Shown: positions 30,349 through 41,423, numbered from the stretch's first letter. The stretch is 64,000 bases of DNA from an uncultured Clostridium sp. (GCA_948470565.1 CAOKPF010000001.1:5866-69865), one strand, 5' to 3'. Notes: generated from the letters alone by a model not told the origin. Program-made: numbers and translations.

Positions 30349-31563
30349 ATGAATAAAAAAACTTTTTTTGATTATTTTGGAAATGTTCCTGTTAGTATAA
30401 ATAATCTATATGGAGATCCTTTTTTTTCATTACAGGTTAAAAATACTTTTGAAAAATTGGAGTCTTTGAAAAATACACAACATAAAGGTATTGTATCGAT
30501 AATAACGAAGTCTGAAATTACAGAAGAACAGGCAATAAAACTTTCAGAATATTCAAAAGCCTTGAAGCTAGTTGTACTAGTTTCAATTAGTGGTTTGACT
30601 AATAAGAAGGTAGAAGGAATGCCTTATGAATGTACAGCAAAGAATAGATATAATACATTATATTTATGTAAAAAATACAATATACCATCATTAGCCTACG
30701 TAAGACCATTTATACCACCATATAATACATCAAGACAATGTATTGAAGAAATTTTTAAGAACGTTTCTAAATCTGGTATAACTACGATGATTGTATCTGG
30801 ACTTAGAGGAAATGATGAAATTTTGTTAAATAGTGGAATTTCAAAAGAGGAAAAAGATAAATGGTCTTTTAGAGTAAAAATAATTCCATCAGATGTTAGA
30901 AAAATACTAAATGAGATGAAAGAGAAATATGCAATAACATTATTTGAAAGAACATCTTGTGGTGTGGCATATGTCTTAAATGAAAAAATCTCATATAATC
31001 CATATCAAGCAAGTCCACAGCTAGCAAAATGTTATAATTGTCCTTTAAAATCGACTTGTTTTGATAAAAGAGATGAGATAAAACCTACTAAAGATGATAT
31101 TGAATTTGTAAAATTGTTAGGCTATGATGCTCATTTAAATATATACGACAAAGGACAAATATGTAATGTAGATCCACAAAAGAGAACAGAATGTGAATCT
31201 TGTTGTACATCTTGTTATAAGCTTAAAAGAAATGCTATACAACTAGATAAAATCGAAAATGTGTCATTAGGAGATACAAGTGTTTTGAGGCTACTTACTA
31301 AGAAATTAGTATATGGAAATGGAGTAAGAGAAGTAGGAGATAAAAATGTAGCATATCCAACCTCAAGTATACTAACAGGACTTCCAATATATGTAGTAAA
31401 TTCTTGGTGGGTGTATGCAAGATCTATGCCAAAATGCTATAATTGCTCTTACTGTATGATAGGAAAGTATTACTCAGAGTGTTATAATACAGAAGAGATG
31501 GGGAGTAATCCAATAGAAGTTGCAAAAATGATTTGGAACAAATTGAATATTTCTGTTAAATAA
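30349..31563 (+). CDS. Cys-rich hypothetical protein (putative Fe-S protein)
   Basis: Three cysteine clusters: CYNCPLKSTC, CESCCTSC, CYNCSYC. Tightly linked to the flanking genes. Confidence 0.5.
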   Translation: MNKKTFFDYFGNVPVSINNLYGDPFFSLQVKNTFEKLESLKNTQHKGIVSIITKSEITEEQAIKLSEYSKALKLVVLVSISGLTNKKVEGMPYECTAKNRYNTLYLCKKYNIPSLAYVRPFIPPYNTSRQCIEEIFKNVSKSGITTMIVSGLRGNDEILLNSGISKEEKDKWSFRVKIIPSDVRKILNEMKEKYAITLFERTSCGVAYVLNEKISYNPYQASPQLAKCYNCPLKSTCFDKRDEIKPTKDDIEFVKLLGYDAHLNIYDKGQICNVDPQKRTECESCCTSCYKLKRNAIQLDKIENVSLGDTSVLRLLTKKLVYGNGVREVGDKNVAYPTSSILTGLPIYVVNSWWVYARSMPKCYNCSYCMIGKYYSECYNTEEMGSNPIEVAKMIWNKLNISVK

Positions 31564-31573
31564 GGAGGAGCTT

Positions 31574-32494
31574 ATGATAGTATGTAAAAATGGAGTACCA
31601 ACTTGTCCAGTTAACTGTATGTATTGTATGGCACAAAAAATTGATATACGTTCTAAATATTGGAAAAATACAGCAAGAATAGGAATGAATAAATCTTGTG
31701 TGTTTTTTAACAGACTTCCTCAAGATCCAAAACTTGAGGATATGAACTTACCATGGAATTTGTTAGATGGGGAATATTTGGGCTTTCAGGGGATAACTGA
31801 CTGTTTCTGGGATATATTCCTAGATGATCTAAAATTTTTAGTTAAAATGGTAAAAGAAAAAAATATAAGGAAATTATGTCTTATAAGTAAAATACCACTA
31901 ACTGATGAACAGTTAAAAATTTTGATAGAGATAAAGGAGAAACTTGTTGTATGTTATAGTGTAACAGGTTTGGACAAACTTGAAAAAACTTCTACAAAAG
32001 ATAGAATAAAGTCATTAGTAAATTTAAGAAATGCTGGTATTGATAGTTTCCCTGTAATTCATCCATATATTCATGGATATTGTGATATTGAATCCGTAAT
32101 GAAAGAGCTTTATATAAATAATTTCCATGAAGTAAATTGGAAGGGCTTTAGATACAATAGTCAAAATATGAAAATTCTTGAGAACTATATTCCAAAAGAA
32201 ATACTTAATCAGTATATTGGAAGTGGTGAAGAAGAGGAAATATTAATTGGAAATGACTATATTGAAAAAATCGCACAAAAGTATGATATAAAATTTGTTG
32301 ATTTGAAGGAATATTTACATAGACACACTAAAATTAAACTTAAAATAAATTCTACAAAAGAAGAGTATGAAGTAAAAATAAGAGAGCAGGTATTAGCTTT
32401 ATCTAAACAATGTGTTTTTTCTACTTCCGGAAAAAAAGAGGAGGTAATAGAAAACTGTATAAATAGAAGGTGTGATAATATAGAATTTATATAA
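31574..32494 (+). CDS. radical SAM-like protein (SplB/COG1533-like CxxxCxxC motif)
   Basis: N-terminal CPVNCMYCMA resembles the C.H.C.YCYA motif of SplB-like 'DNA repair photolyase' radical SAM proteins. Confidence 0.5.
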   Translation: MIVCKNGVPTCPVNCMYCMAQKIDIRSKYWKNTARIGMNKSCVFFNRLPQDPKLEDMNLPWNLLDGEYLGFQGITDCFWDIFLDDLKFLVKMVKEKNIRKLCLISKIPLTDEQLKILIEIKEKLVVCYSVTGLDKLEKTSTKDRIKSLVNLRNAGIDSFPVIHPYIHGYCDIESVMKELYINNFHEVNWKGFRYNSQNMKILENYIPKEILNQYIGSGEEEEILIGNDYIEKIAQKYDIKFVDLKEYLHRHTKIKLKINSTKEEYEVKIREQVLALSKQCVFSTSGKKEEVIENCINRRCDNIEFI

Positions 32495-32510
32495 ATCACA
32501 TAAATTACAA

Positions 32511-32538
32511 AAATAGGGGCTGAAAAAGCCCCTATTAT
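32511..32538. terminator. bidirectional terminator
   Basis: aaataggggctgaaaaagcccctatt hairpin between convergent genes. Confidence 0.7.
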
Positions 32539-32546
32539 ACAATTTA

Positions 32547-32759
32547 TTATTGGTTAGGTTGTTGAGATTGCATTTGGTTTGCAGTTTGAGCAACCATTTT
32601 TTTAACCATTTCACCACCGATAGAACCAGCTTGTTTTGATGTTAAATCACCATTATAACCTTGTTTTAAGTTAACACCTAATTCATTAGCAACTTCATAT
32701 TTGAATTTGTTAAGAGCTTGCTTTGCTTGTTTATTAGACATTTTACTATTTGATGCCAT
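32547..32759 (-). CDS. alpha/beta-type small acid-soluble spore protein
   Basis: KFKYEVANELGV...GGEMVKKMV SASP signature. GGAGGTG RBS before MASNS (ORF track start is 5 codons early). Confidence 0.85.
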   Translation of the reverse strand: MASNSKMSNKQAKQALNKFKYEVANELGVNLKQGYNGDLTSKQAGSIGGEMVKKMVAQTANQMQSQQPNQ

Positions 32760-33104
32760 TTGTTTCACCTCCAATTAATATTAATTTGTGAAGTTTTTAA
32801 ATAATTATACGAAGATATTATTTTTTTATAAAAATAAATTATATATTCTTTAAAAACAATTATAGCGTTATGATAATATTTTTTTGAATTTTAATATTAT
32901 TATGTATAATAAATATTATTTTGTTCTATATAGTACAATAAAAAGATTAAAGAAAATGAAAAAATATTATATATCTATTGGTTAAAAAATATTTCTAATA
33001 AAGAGATTTGCAAAATTTTGTTTTAGAAATACGAAGTTAATAAATAAAAATAGTGAGTACAGATAAAAAGTACTCACTATTGTAATAAACAACTGTTAAC
33101 TAAA

Positions 33105-33311
33105 TTATTGGTTAGGTTGTTGAGATTGCATTTGGTTAGCTGCTTGAGCAACCATTTTTTTAACCATTTCACCACCTATAGAACCAGCTTCTCTAGATGT
33201 TAAGTCACCATTATAACCTTGTTTTAAGTTAACACCTAATTCATTAGCAACTTCATATTTAAATTTGTTAAGAGCTTCCTTAGCTTGTTTGTTAGTCATT
33301 TTACTATTTGA
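33105..33311 (-). CDS. alpha/beta-type small acid-soluble spore protein (tandem paralogue)
   Basis: About 90% identical to the upstream copy; the flanking DNA is also duplicated. Terminator hairpin at 33052-33090. Confidence 0.85.
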   Translation of the reverse strand, partial: SNSKMTNKQAKEALNKFKYEVANELGVNLKQGYNGDLTSREAGSIGGEMVKKMVAQAANQMQSQQPNQ

Positions 33312-33433
33312 TGCCATTTGTTTCACCTCCGTTATTAAAATTAGTAAAACTAAAATAATGTTTTACACTAATAATTTGCGCGAATTTTGTAAAATAATAC
33401 TGGAAAAAAAAGGAATTTAATAAAAAATTAAAT

Positions 33434-33440
33434 TTCGACA
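33434..33440 (+). promoter_or_regulatory. Spo0A box (TTCGACA) upstream of spo0A
   Basis: Reverse complement of the TGTCGAA 0A-box consensus, about 100 nt upstream of the spo0A start. Confidence 0.4.
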
Positions 33441-33537
33441 AAACTCGATGACAAAATTACGCTAAAAGACTTGATTTTTTCAAAAAATTTTTGTATAATT
33501 GTCTTGCGTTGTTTTAGTAAGATAGATGGAGGATTAA

Positions 33538-34347
33538 ATGAGTGAGAAAACTAAAATTGTAATAGTAGACGATAACAAAGAATTTGTAAGATTGTTAAGT
33601 CTATATATGAATTCCCAGGAAGATATGGAAGTAGTTGGGGTTGCGTATGATGGTAAAGAAACTGTTGAATTAGTTAAAGAATATAACCCTGATATATTAT
33701 TATTAGATATAATTATGCCAGAAAGAGATGGTATATCAGTATTAGAAGATTTAATGAAACAAAACTTAAATCATGAATTACTTACAATAGTTATGTCTGC
33801 AATAGGACAAGAAAAAATTACACAAAAAGCAATATCGCTTGGTGCAACATATTATGTGGTAAAACCATTTGATATGTCAACACTAGCAAATCGATTAAGA
33901 GATTTACTTGAAAGCGATGATGATGATAGATGCACAATGCCAACGGCTTATTATTCAAAAGAGAGGGATATTCCCAAAAGTAATCTACCTGTAGAAGTTA
34001 GAGTTACTAATATCATTCATGATGTTGGGGTACCTGCACATATAAAAGGTTACCAATATATAAGGGAGGCAATAGTTCTTGCTATAGAAAATGAAGATAT
34101 TATAAATGCTATTACTAAGACTCTTTATCCTACACTTGCAAAGAAATTTTCAACAACTCCGTCAAGAGTTGAAAGAGCAATTCGTCATGCAATAGAAGTT
34201 GCATGGAATAGAGGACAAATTGAGATGCATGATAAGATATTTGGTTACACTGTAAATTCTAATAAAGGAAAACCTACTAATTCAGAATTTATTGCAATGA
34301 TTGCTGATAAAATTAGAATGGAAACAAAAGCAGTTGTAAATGTATAA
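33538..34347 (+). CDS. spo0A: stage 0 sporulation protein A
   Basis: REC domain (IVDDN...LLLDIIMP). Spo0A_C with [20 protein letters not shown] and ...[17 protein letters not shown]. Confidence 0.9.
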   Translation: MSEKTKIVIVDDNKEFVRLLSLYMNSQEDMEVVGVAYDGKETVELVKEYNPDILLLDIIMPERDGISVLEDLMKQNLNHELLTIVMSAIGQEKITQKAISLGATYYVVKPFDMSTLANRLRDLLESDDDDRCTMPTAYYSKERDIPKSNLPVEVRVTNIIHDVGVPAHIKGYQYIREAIVLAIENEDIINAITKTLYPTLAKKFSTTPSRVERAIRHAIEVAWNRGQIEMHDKIFGYTVNSNKGKPTNSEFIAMIADKIRMETKAVVNV

Positions 34348-34458
34348 ATTAAAAAATACTTTATATTTATTAATTAGTTAATAAATGTGAGGTGTTTTTT
34401 TGATGTAAGTAATAAATTTATTGATTTTATATAGTATTGAGTATATAATATACACGAG

Positions 34459-34881
34459 GTGATACTTATAAAAAGATCAAAAAAGATATTAATAATCATA
34501 TTTGTATTGTTATTAATAATTTCAGTATTTATAGCAAAAAAATGTACAGTAGAAAAAAATGTAGATACAAAGCAAGCAACGAAAAAAGTTGAAATTAGAA
34601 ATCATGAATATAAAATATATTTTTTTATTACGGAAAACTGTCCAGCATGCAATTATATGTTACCAACGTATAATAAAATAAAAGAAACGTATAAAGATAT
34701 ACTTGATTTTGAAAAAATAGATGTTTCTTATAATATTAAACTTAGTAGTAAATATGTTATAAATGAAGTCCCTACTTTGATTATAGTTGATAGAGATGGT
34801 AAAGTAAAAAAACGAAAACTTGGAATTATAAAGGAAGAAGAACTTATAAATATGATTGAGGGAGTAATAAAAAATGATTGA
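34459..34881 (+). CDS. membrane-anchored thioredoxin-like protein (TlpA/ResA-like)
   Basis: N-terminal TM. CPAC active site in the context FFITENCPACNYMLP. Confidence 0.65.
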   Translation: MILIKRSKKILIIIFVLLLIISVFIAKKCTVEKNVDTKQATKKVEIRNHEYKIYFFITENCPACNYMLPTYNKIKETYKDILDFEKIDVSYNIKLSSKYVINEVPTLIIVDRDGKVKKRKLGIIKEEELINMIEGVIKND

Positions 34882-35566
34882 AATAATGATAAATCTATCT
34901 AATATGATTAATGACAATTATATAGTTTCATGTATAATAGCATTTATAGGTGGTATACTTTCTTCATTTAGTCCATGTATGATATCTACATTACCACTTA
35001 TAATTGCATATATAACTATTGATAACAAAGATAAAAAGGATAGATTTAATAATGTAATAATAAGCATGTATTTTTCGTTAGGTATTATAATTACATTTAT
35101 ATTGATTGGAGTTATATCAGTTATATTAGGAAATAAACTTAAGTTATTTGGAAATTGGTATTATCTATTTTTAGCGATAATTTTGCTAATTTCAGCTTTA
35201 AATTTGTTCGGAATATTTGCAGGTAAAAATGATGTATGTAAAAGACCTAAATTAAAAAAGAATATATTAGGAGCCTTTTTACTTGGAATTATAGGTGGCA
35301 TATTTGATTCACCTTGTAGTACTCCAATATTAATATCAATTCTTGCTATTGTAGCTACAAAATCTAGTCTTTTATATGGTGTAATGTTAATGATTATATA
35401 TTCAATAGGACATTGTATTATAGTAATAATAGCAGGAATTTCAGCAGATTTTATACAAAAAATTGCAAATAATCAAAAATATATAAAATTTTCAAATGTA
35501 ATTAAAATAATTATTGGAATTATCTTATTAGTAATATCATTATATCTGTTTTATTTAGGCTTCTAA
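34874..35566 (+). CDS. ccdA: cytochrome c-type biogenesis protein CcdA (DsbD-like TM domain)
   Basis: Six TM segments. FSPCMIST and SPCSTPIL conserved Cys motifs. Overlaps the upstream thioredoxin gene. Confidence 0.7.
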   Translation: MIEIMINLSNMINDNYIVSCIIAFIGGILSSFSPCMISTLPLIIAYITIDNKDKKDRFNNVIISMYFSLGIIITFILIGVISVILGNKLKLFGNWYYLFLAIILLISALNLFGIFAGKNDVCKRPKLKKNILGAFLLGIIGGIFDSPCSTPILISILAIVATKSSLLYGVMLMIIYSIGHCIIVIIAGISADFIQKIANNQKYIKFSNVIKIIIGIILLVISLYLFYLGF

Positions 35567-35728
35567 CATTTTATTGTAAATCTGTTTTATCAGTATATAA
35601 GTGTTAGTAATAATTCTTTTTTTGTTGAAGGTAATAAAAAAACATAAATTTTTGTCAAAAGTATTGACATATTTTATCTTTTATTGCATAATTATAGTAT
35701 AGAGTGATTTTTTAATAGGGGGTTGTAT

Positions 35729-36253
35729 ATGAGTGCGGTTTGGTTAAATAAACTGATGAAGGTGGTTGGGATTAATAGTGAAGAAGATGAATATGAATAC
35801 GATGATGAAGTAGAACAATATGATGAAGAAGATAATGATATGGAAGAAGAAATAGAGGAACCTATGCCAAGGAGTAGAAGATCATTTAGTGAAATAGAGG
35901 ATAGTAGCCCTTATTCTTCAAGGAATATGCAAAATAAAGTTATACCAATGAATACAGCAGTATCGTCATCTAAGATGGTAATAACACAACCTAATTGTTA
36001 TGAAGATGTTGCTGATATTGCAAGATATTTTAAAGAGAAAAAATCAGTAATTGTAAATCTTGAAAATGCAAATAAAGAGGATGCTAGAAGAATAGTAGAT
36101 TTTTTGTGTGGTTCAACTTTTATGGTAGATGGAACTATTCAAAGGGTGTCTAGTTTAATATATCTTATAACACCGCGTAATGTCGAAATACAAAATGATA
36201 TTGAGCAAAATCAAAATAAACAACAAAAGTCATCATTTTCATGGCTAAAATGA
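35729..36253 (+). CDS. sepF: cell division protein SepF
   Basis: Acidic linker followed by the SepF core (VIVNLENANKEDARRIVDFLCGSTFMVDGTIQRVS). GGGGG RBS before ATG at 35729 (ORF track TTG at 35723). Confidence 0.8.
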   Translation: MSAVWLNKLMKVVGINSEEDEYEYDDEVEQYDEEDNDMEEEIEEPMPRSRRSFSEIEDSSPYSSRNMQNKVIPMNTAVSSSKMVITQPNCYEDVADIARYFKEKKSVIVNLENANKEDARRIVDFLCGSTFMVDGTIQRVSSLIYLITPRNVEIQNDIEQNQNKQQKSSFSWLK

Positions 36254-36308
36254 CAAAGTGGGCAGGCTGGTGGTCTGTCTTTTTGATTTTTAAAGGGGGA
36301 TATGTGTA

Positions 36309-36761
36309 ATGCTTACACCAATTGATATTGAAAATAAGGTTTTTAAAAAAGTAAAAGTAAAAGGATATGATATACAAGATGTTGAAGATTTTATGGAGCA
36401 GATTATAAATGATTATGAAAGTTTATATAAAGAAAATTCTGAACTAAGAGATAAAGTAAATTTAATGCAAGATTCTGTTTCTTATTATAAATCAGTTGAA
36501 GAGGGAATTAATAAAACAATTGAGAATGCACAACATACGGCAGAAGATATAAGAGAGAATGCAAAACAGGAAGCATTAAATATAAAAAGAGAAGCAGAGA
36601 TAGAAGTTAAAGATGAGCTGATTAATTTAAGAAAAGAAATAACTAATGTTGAGGTTGAACTGGAAGAAAAGAAAAAACAAATGCAAATTTATAGAGTAAA
36701 AGTAAAGTCAATGCTTGAAGCACAATTAAAAATTTTAGATGAACAAGATATTGATTATTAG
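36309..36761 (+). CDS. divIVA: DivIVA-domain protein
   Basis: MLTPIDIENKVFKK..GYD...V..F N-terminal DivIVA motif followed by coiled coil. Confidence 0.8.
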   Translation: MLTPIDIENKVFKKVKVKGYDIQDVEDFMEQIINDYESLYKENSELRDKVNLMQDSVSYYKSVEEGINKTIENAQHTAEDIRENAKQEALNIKREAEIEVKDELINLRKEITNVEVELEEKKKQMQIYRVKVKSMLEAQLKILDEQDIDY

Positions 36762-37035
36762 TAGTATTTAATAAATTTTTCCCTAATATAAATTTTTATG
36801 CGAAAATTGTTACAATATATAATAAACTGTACAAGCTTGTAAAATAAGTACTGTAATGAAAAAATTATGTAAAAAAGCTTGCCATTTTTTTAATTTTATT
36901 ATATAATGAAATAGGTATATTATAAATTAATATATTTTAGTGTAGAGGTAAATATACTAGATTATAAATGTAAAGTAAATATATGCTTATATAATAATGT
37001 ACATTGAAAATTTTATAGAAGGGAGAAAAAAGGAA

Positions 37036-38580
37036 ATGACAATTGCTATTTGTGCTATTGGTTCGTTTTTGCTTGGCTCTTTAATTTTTTTCTTTGTTGG
37101 AATTATCTATAGAAAAAAAATAGCTGAGGCTAAAATAAAATCTGCAGAAGAACAATCAGAAAAAATAATTGAAGATAGTAAAAAAGATGCTGAACGTATA
37201 AAAAAAGAAGCTACTTTACAAGCAAAAGACGAAATGATAAAAAGAAAAGACGAGATTGATAGAGAAGAAAAAGCCAGAAAAAAAGAATTGCACGAAATAG
37301 AAAACAGAATCAATCAAAGACAAGATTTAATTGATAAAAGATCTGCATTAATAGAAGAAAAGGAAAATGCAGTTATAAAAAAATTAGAACAAGTTTCAGA
37401 AAAAGAAAAAGAACTGAAAAAATCTCATGAAAGAGAAATGGAAAAGCTAAGTGAAATATCTAAGATGACTATTGATGAGGCAAAAATACAATTAATGAAA
37501 AATCTGGAAGAGGAAATGAAACCAGAAATGGCAGAATATATTAGGACACAACAAGATAAGGCAAAAGAGGAGATAGATAAAAAAGCAAAAGAATTATTAG
37601 TTGTAGCTATACAAAAGTGTGCAACTGATCATACATCAGAGGCTACTGTAACAGTAGTAAGTTTACCAAATGATGATTTAAAGGGTAGAATAATTGGTAG
37701 AGAAGGAAGAAATATAAAGACAATAGAAACGTTAACTGGTATTGATTTAATTATTGATGATACGCCAGATGTAATTGTTTTGTCAAGTTTTGACCCTATA
37801 AGAAGAGAAGTTGCAAGAATTGCACTTGAAAGACTTATTGCTGATGGAAGAATTCATCCAGGAAAAATTGAAGAAATGATTCAGAAAGCTAAAGTTGAAG
37901 TTGAAAATACTATAAAAGAAGAAGGAGAAAGAGCATTACTAGAAACTGGGGTTGTAAATATTCACCCTGATTTATTAAAGCTATTAGGAAAACTTAGGTA
38001 TAGAACAAGTTATGGACAAAATGTTTTAAATCATTCTATTGAAGTATCAAATATAGCTGGAGTTTTAGCAGAAGAATTAGGACTTGATCCTACAATAGCC
38101 AAAAGAGCAGGATTGCTACATGATATAGGAAAGTCTTTTGATCATGATGTTGAAGGAACTCATGTAAGTTTAGGAATAGAATTATTAAAGAAATATAAAG
38201 AAAAAGATGAAGTTATTTGGGGAATGGAAGCACATCATGGTGATACAGATCCAAAAACAATTGAGGCAGTATTAGTACAGGCTGCTGATATAGTGTCTGC
38301 TTCAAGACCTGGTGCACGTAAAGAAACTGTTAGTACATATATTAAAAGATTACAAAAATTAGAAGAAATATGTAATTCATATGAAGGTGTTGAAAAATCT
38401 TATGCAATTCAAGCAGGTAGAGAAGTAAGAATTGTTGTAAAGCCTGAACAAGTTGATGATGATTCTATGGTAATTATGGCAAGAAATGTTGCTAAACAAA
38501 TAGAAAAAGAAATGGTATATCCAGGACAAATAAAAGTAAATGTTATAAGAGAGACAAGAGCCATAGAACTTGCAAAATAA
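37036..38580 (+). CDS. rny: ribonuclease Y
   Basis: N-terminal TM, coiled coil, KH domain ([12 protein letters not shown]), HD domain (HSIEVS...LLHDIGK). ATG at 37036 (ORF track begins 36997). Confidence 0.9.
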   Translation: MTIAICAIGSFLLGSLIFFFVGIIYRKKIAEAKIKSAEEQSEKIIEDSKKDAERIKKEATLQAKDEMIKRKDEIDREEKARKKELHEIENRINQRQDLIDKRSALIEEKENAVIKKLEQVSEKEKELKKSHEREMEKLSEISKMTIDEAKIQLMKNLEEEMKPEMAEYIRTQQDKAKEEIDKKAKELLVVAIQKCATDHTSEATVTVVSLPNDDLKGRIIGREGRNIKTIETLTGIDLIIDDTPDVIVLSSFDPIRREVARIALERLIADGRIHPGKIEEMIQKAKVEVENTIKEEGERALLETGVVNIHPDLLKLLGKLRYRTSYGQNVLNHSIEVSNIAGVLAEELGLDPTIAKRAGLLHDIGKSFDHDVEGTHVSLGIELLKKYKEKDEVIWGMEAHHGDTDPKTIEAVLVQAADIVSASRPGARKETVSTYIKRLQKLEEICNSYEGVEKSYAIQAGREVRIVVKPEQVDDDSMVIMARNVAKQIEKEMVYPGQIKVNVIRETRAIELAK

Positions 38581-38657
38581 AATTTGAAAAGTGTATAAAA
38601 TTTATTGAATTTTATATGCTTTTTTTGTGTAATTTTAGCTAGTAAAAAAAGAAAAAT

Positions 38658-38702
38658 TCTAGTATAAAATAGAGTAAAATTTACTCTATTTTATACTAGA
38701 AT
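38658..38702. terminator. bidirectional terminator (long perfect palindrome)
   Basis: ttctagtataaaatagagtaaa|atttactctattttatactagaa. Confidence 0.6.
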
Positions 38703-39430
38703 ATGTTATATTCATTATTCATAAAAACAAGTTGTACATCTTTATTTTTAGGAAAAGAATTTATATAATCTATTTTGTTTAAATAAGCTTTTAAATGTGA
38801 TGCAAAAACCTTTTTTACATTGCAATTAAAGATGCTATTTACAATTTCAGTTGTTTGACCATGATAGTTTTTTAAAGATATACTAGTATATTTATATGGA
38901 TTACCACAGTCAATTAGTGCAATATCTGCATTATTAATAAATGTCTTAAGCTTATCGGTTACGTATGGTAGATCTGATGTATATACAAATATTTTTTTGT
39001 TTATACATATTTTTGTAGAGTAAGATTCACCACAGTGTGGAGTTCTGCAAAATGTAAAATCTGCATTATCAATACTAAAATGTGTAGTTTCATTTAATGT
39101 TTTTACGTCAAATACATTTCTAAATTTTTTAACTATGTCATATATTACGCTTTTATGAGGAATATATATAGTTAATTTCTTTTTATTTACTTTTAATACA
39201 TATGCTAGATTAATTAAATCTGCACAATGGTCAAAGTGGTTATGTGATATTATTATGGTTAATGATGATAAATCAATATGATTTTTCTTTATGTATTTCA
39301 ATAGATATCTTATAGTACCATTGCCGCAATCCAAGAGTATATTTTTACTAAGTCCTGTTATTAAGTAACTAGTACCAGGTTTAAATCGTAAATTTGGTGC
39401 ATAATTTCCCAGAACAATAAGTTTTAGCAT
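38696..39430 (-). CDS. MBL-fold metallo-hydrolase
   Basis: HNHFDHCADL (HxHxDH) motif. Confidence 0.7.
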   Translation of the reverse strand: MLKLIVLGNYAPNLRFKPGTSYLITGLSKNILLDCGNGTIRYLLKYIKKNHIDLSSLTIIISHNHFDHCADLINLAYVLKVNKKKLTIYIPHKSVIYDIVKKFRNVFDVKTLNETTHFSIDNADFTFCRTPHCGESYSTKICINKKIFVYTSDLPYVTDKLKTFINNADIALIDCGNPYKYTSISLKNYHGQTTEIVNSIFNCNVKKVFASHLKAYLNKIDYINSFPKNKDVQLVFMNNEYNIF

Positions 39431-39664
39431 TTTAACCCTTCTTTCTAATTATATTTTTAATTATTATTGTAAATTTGATAAATATTATACTATGGATAAG
39501 CAAAAATGTAAATAACTAAAAATTATTTTATAGAATAATATTAATTTATAGAATTTTTATTTGCAACTTTCTAGTAATTTAGACATTTCATTTATTTAAA
39601 TTATATTGACAGATTGAGTATTTTAAAGTATAATAAAGTGGTAAAAATAGGGAGGAGAATTTCA

Positions 39665-39952
39665 ATGAGTGTATCAATTGAAGAGGCAAAACATATTGCC
39701 AAACTTTCAAGACTTGAGTTTAATGATGAAAAATTACAAAAAATTACAGATGAATTATCAAATATAGTTGATTTTGCTAATACTTTATCAGAAATAAATG
39801 TTGAGGGAGTAAAACCCACAGCACATATATTAGATATAAAGAATGTATTTAGAAAAGATGAAGTAAAAGATTCTTATAATAGAGAAGAGATACTAAAAAA
39901 TGCTCCTGATAAAGAGTCAGGTTGTGTTAGTGTACCAAAGACAGTAGAATAG
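39665..39952 (+). CDS. gatC: Asp/Glu-tRNA amidotransferase subunit C
   Basis: IEEAKHIAKLSRLEF...VEGVKPTAH GatC signature. Promoter TTGACA-17-TATAAT at 39607. Real start 39665 after GGGAGG. Confidence 0.85.
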   Translation: MSVSIEEAKHIAKLSRLEFNDEKLQKITDELSNIVDFANTLSEINVEGVKPTAHILDIKNVFRKDEVKDSYNREEILKNAPDKESGCVSVPKTVE

Positions 39953-39959
39953 GAGGATA

Positions 39960-41423
39960 ATGATGGAGTTATATAATCAAACATTAAGCAATATTGCAAA
40001 TGATATAAAATCAAAAAAAATAACAATAAGAGAAGTTTTAGATAGTGTATATTCTCGTATTGATAATATTGAACCCAAAATAGATGCTTATATTACACTT
40101 ACAAAAGATAATGCGTATAAAAGAGCTGATGAGTTACAAGAAAAATTAAATTCTGGTGAAGATATAGGGATTCTTGGAGGAGTACCAATAGCGATAAAAG
40201 ATAACATATGTACTAATGGTGTGAAAACTACATGTGCATCAAAAATGTTAGAAAACTTTGTACCAATATATGATGCAACAGTAATTGAGAAATTAGAAAA
40301 TGCAGGTGCTATAATACTAGGAAAAACTAATATGGATGAATTTGCTATGGGATCTTCTACAGAAAGTTCATATATGAAAAAAACAAAAAATCCATGGAAT
40401 ACTAATCACGTTCCAGGTGGTTCTAGTGGAGGAAGTGCTGCATGTGTATCAGCTGATATGGCATATGCTTCCCTTGGTTCTGATACAGGTGGCTCAATTA
40501 GACAACCAGCGTCATACTGTTCAGTAGTAGGGCTAAAACCTACTTATGGTTTGGTATCAAGGTATGGTTTAATAGCTTATGCTTCATCACTTGATCAAAT
40601 AGGTCCGCTTACCAAAACTGTTGAAGATGCGGCTATAATGTTAAATGTTATATCAGGATATGATCCTAAAGATACTACTTCTGCCAATATAGAAAAGAAG
40701 GATTATATAAAGTCATTGAAAAATGATATAAAGGGTATTAAAATTGGTATTGATGAGAATTTTGTAAAAGATGGAGTAAATTTAGATGTAAAAACTGCAT
40801 ATGAAAATTCGTTAAATGTTTTAAAAGAATTAGGGGCAGAAATTGTAAATGTAGATTTAAAATATGCAAAATATAGTTTAGCAACATATTACATAATTGC
40901 TACTGCTGAGGCTTCTTCTAATTTAGGAAGATATGATGGAATAAGATTTGGTCATAGGGCTAGTGAATTTGATGATTTAACAGCTCTATATGTAAAATCT
41001 AGAACAGAAGGCTTTGGAGATGAGGTAAAAAGAAGAATTATGCTTGGTACTTACGTGCTTTCATCTGGATATTATGATGCATATTACAAAAGAGCACAAC
41101 AAGTAAGAACTTTAATAATTGAAAATTTTAAAAAGGCTTTTGAAATTTGTGATACAATATTAATTCCAACAGCTCCAAACACTTCATTTAAGTTTGGTGA
41201 GAAATCTACAAATCCAATTGAAATGTATTTAGAGGATATATATACTGTTCCTGTAAATATAACAGGGTTACCTGCAATATCAGTACCAGGTGGATTTGAT
41301 ACCAATGGAATGCCTATAGGTATGCAATTTATTTGTTCTGCATTTAATGAAGAAAAATTATTACAAATTGCATATACATATGAACAAAATACAGATTTTA
41401 GTAAGAATAAACCTATTTTGTAG
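39960..41423 (+). CDS. gatA: Asp/Glu-tRNA amidotransferase subunit A
   Basis: Amidase signature GGSSGGSAA..., 487 aa. Confidence 0.9.
   Translation: MMELYNQTLSNIANDIKSKKITIREVLDSVYSRIDNIEPKIDAYITLTKDNAYKRADELQEKLNSGEDIGILGGVPIAIKDNICTNGVKTTCASKMLENFVPIYDATVIEKLENAGAIILGKTNMDEFAMGSSTESSYMKKTKNPWNTNHVPGGSSGGSAACVSADMAYASLGSDTGGSIRQPASYCSVVGLKPTYGLVSRYGLIAYASSLDQIGPLTKTVEDAAIMLNVISGYDPKDTTSANIEKKDYIKSLKNDIKGIKIGIDENFVKDGVNLDVKTAYENSLNVLKELGAEIVNVDLKYAKYSLATYYIIATAEASSNLGRYDGIRFGHRASEFDDLTALYVKSRTEGFGDEVKRRIMLGTYVLSSGYYDAYYKRAQQVRTLIIENFKKAFEICDTILIPTAPNTSFKFGEKSTNPIEMYLEDIYTVPVNITGLPAISVPGGFDTNGMPIGMQFICSAFNEEKLLQIAYTYEQNTDFSKNKPIL

Noticed and set aside
36254-36308. Terminator between sepF and divIVA (caggctggtggtctg)
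   Set aside because: The sequence is not self-complementary, so it is more likely simple spacer. sepF and divIVA are probably co-transcribed.
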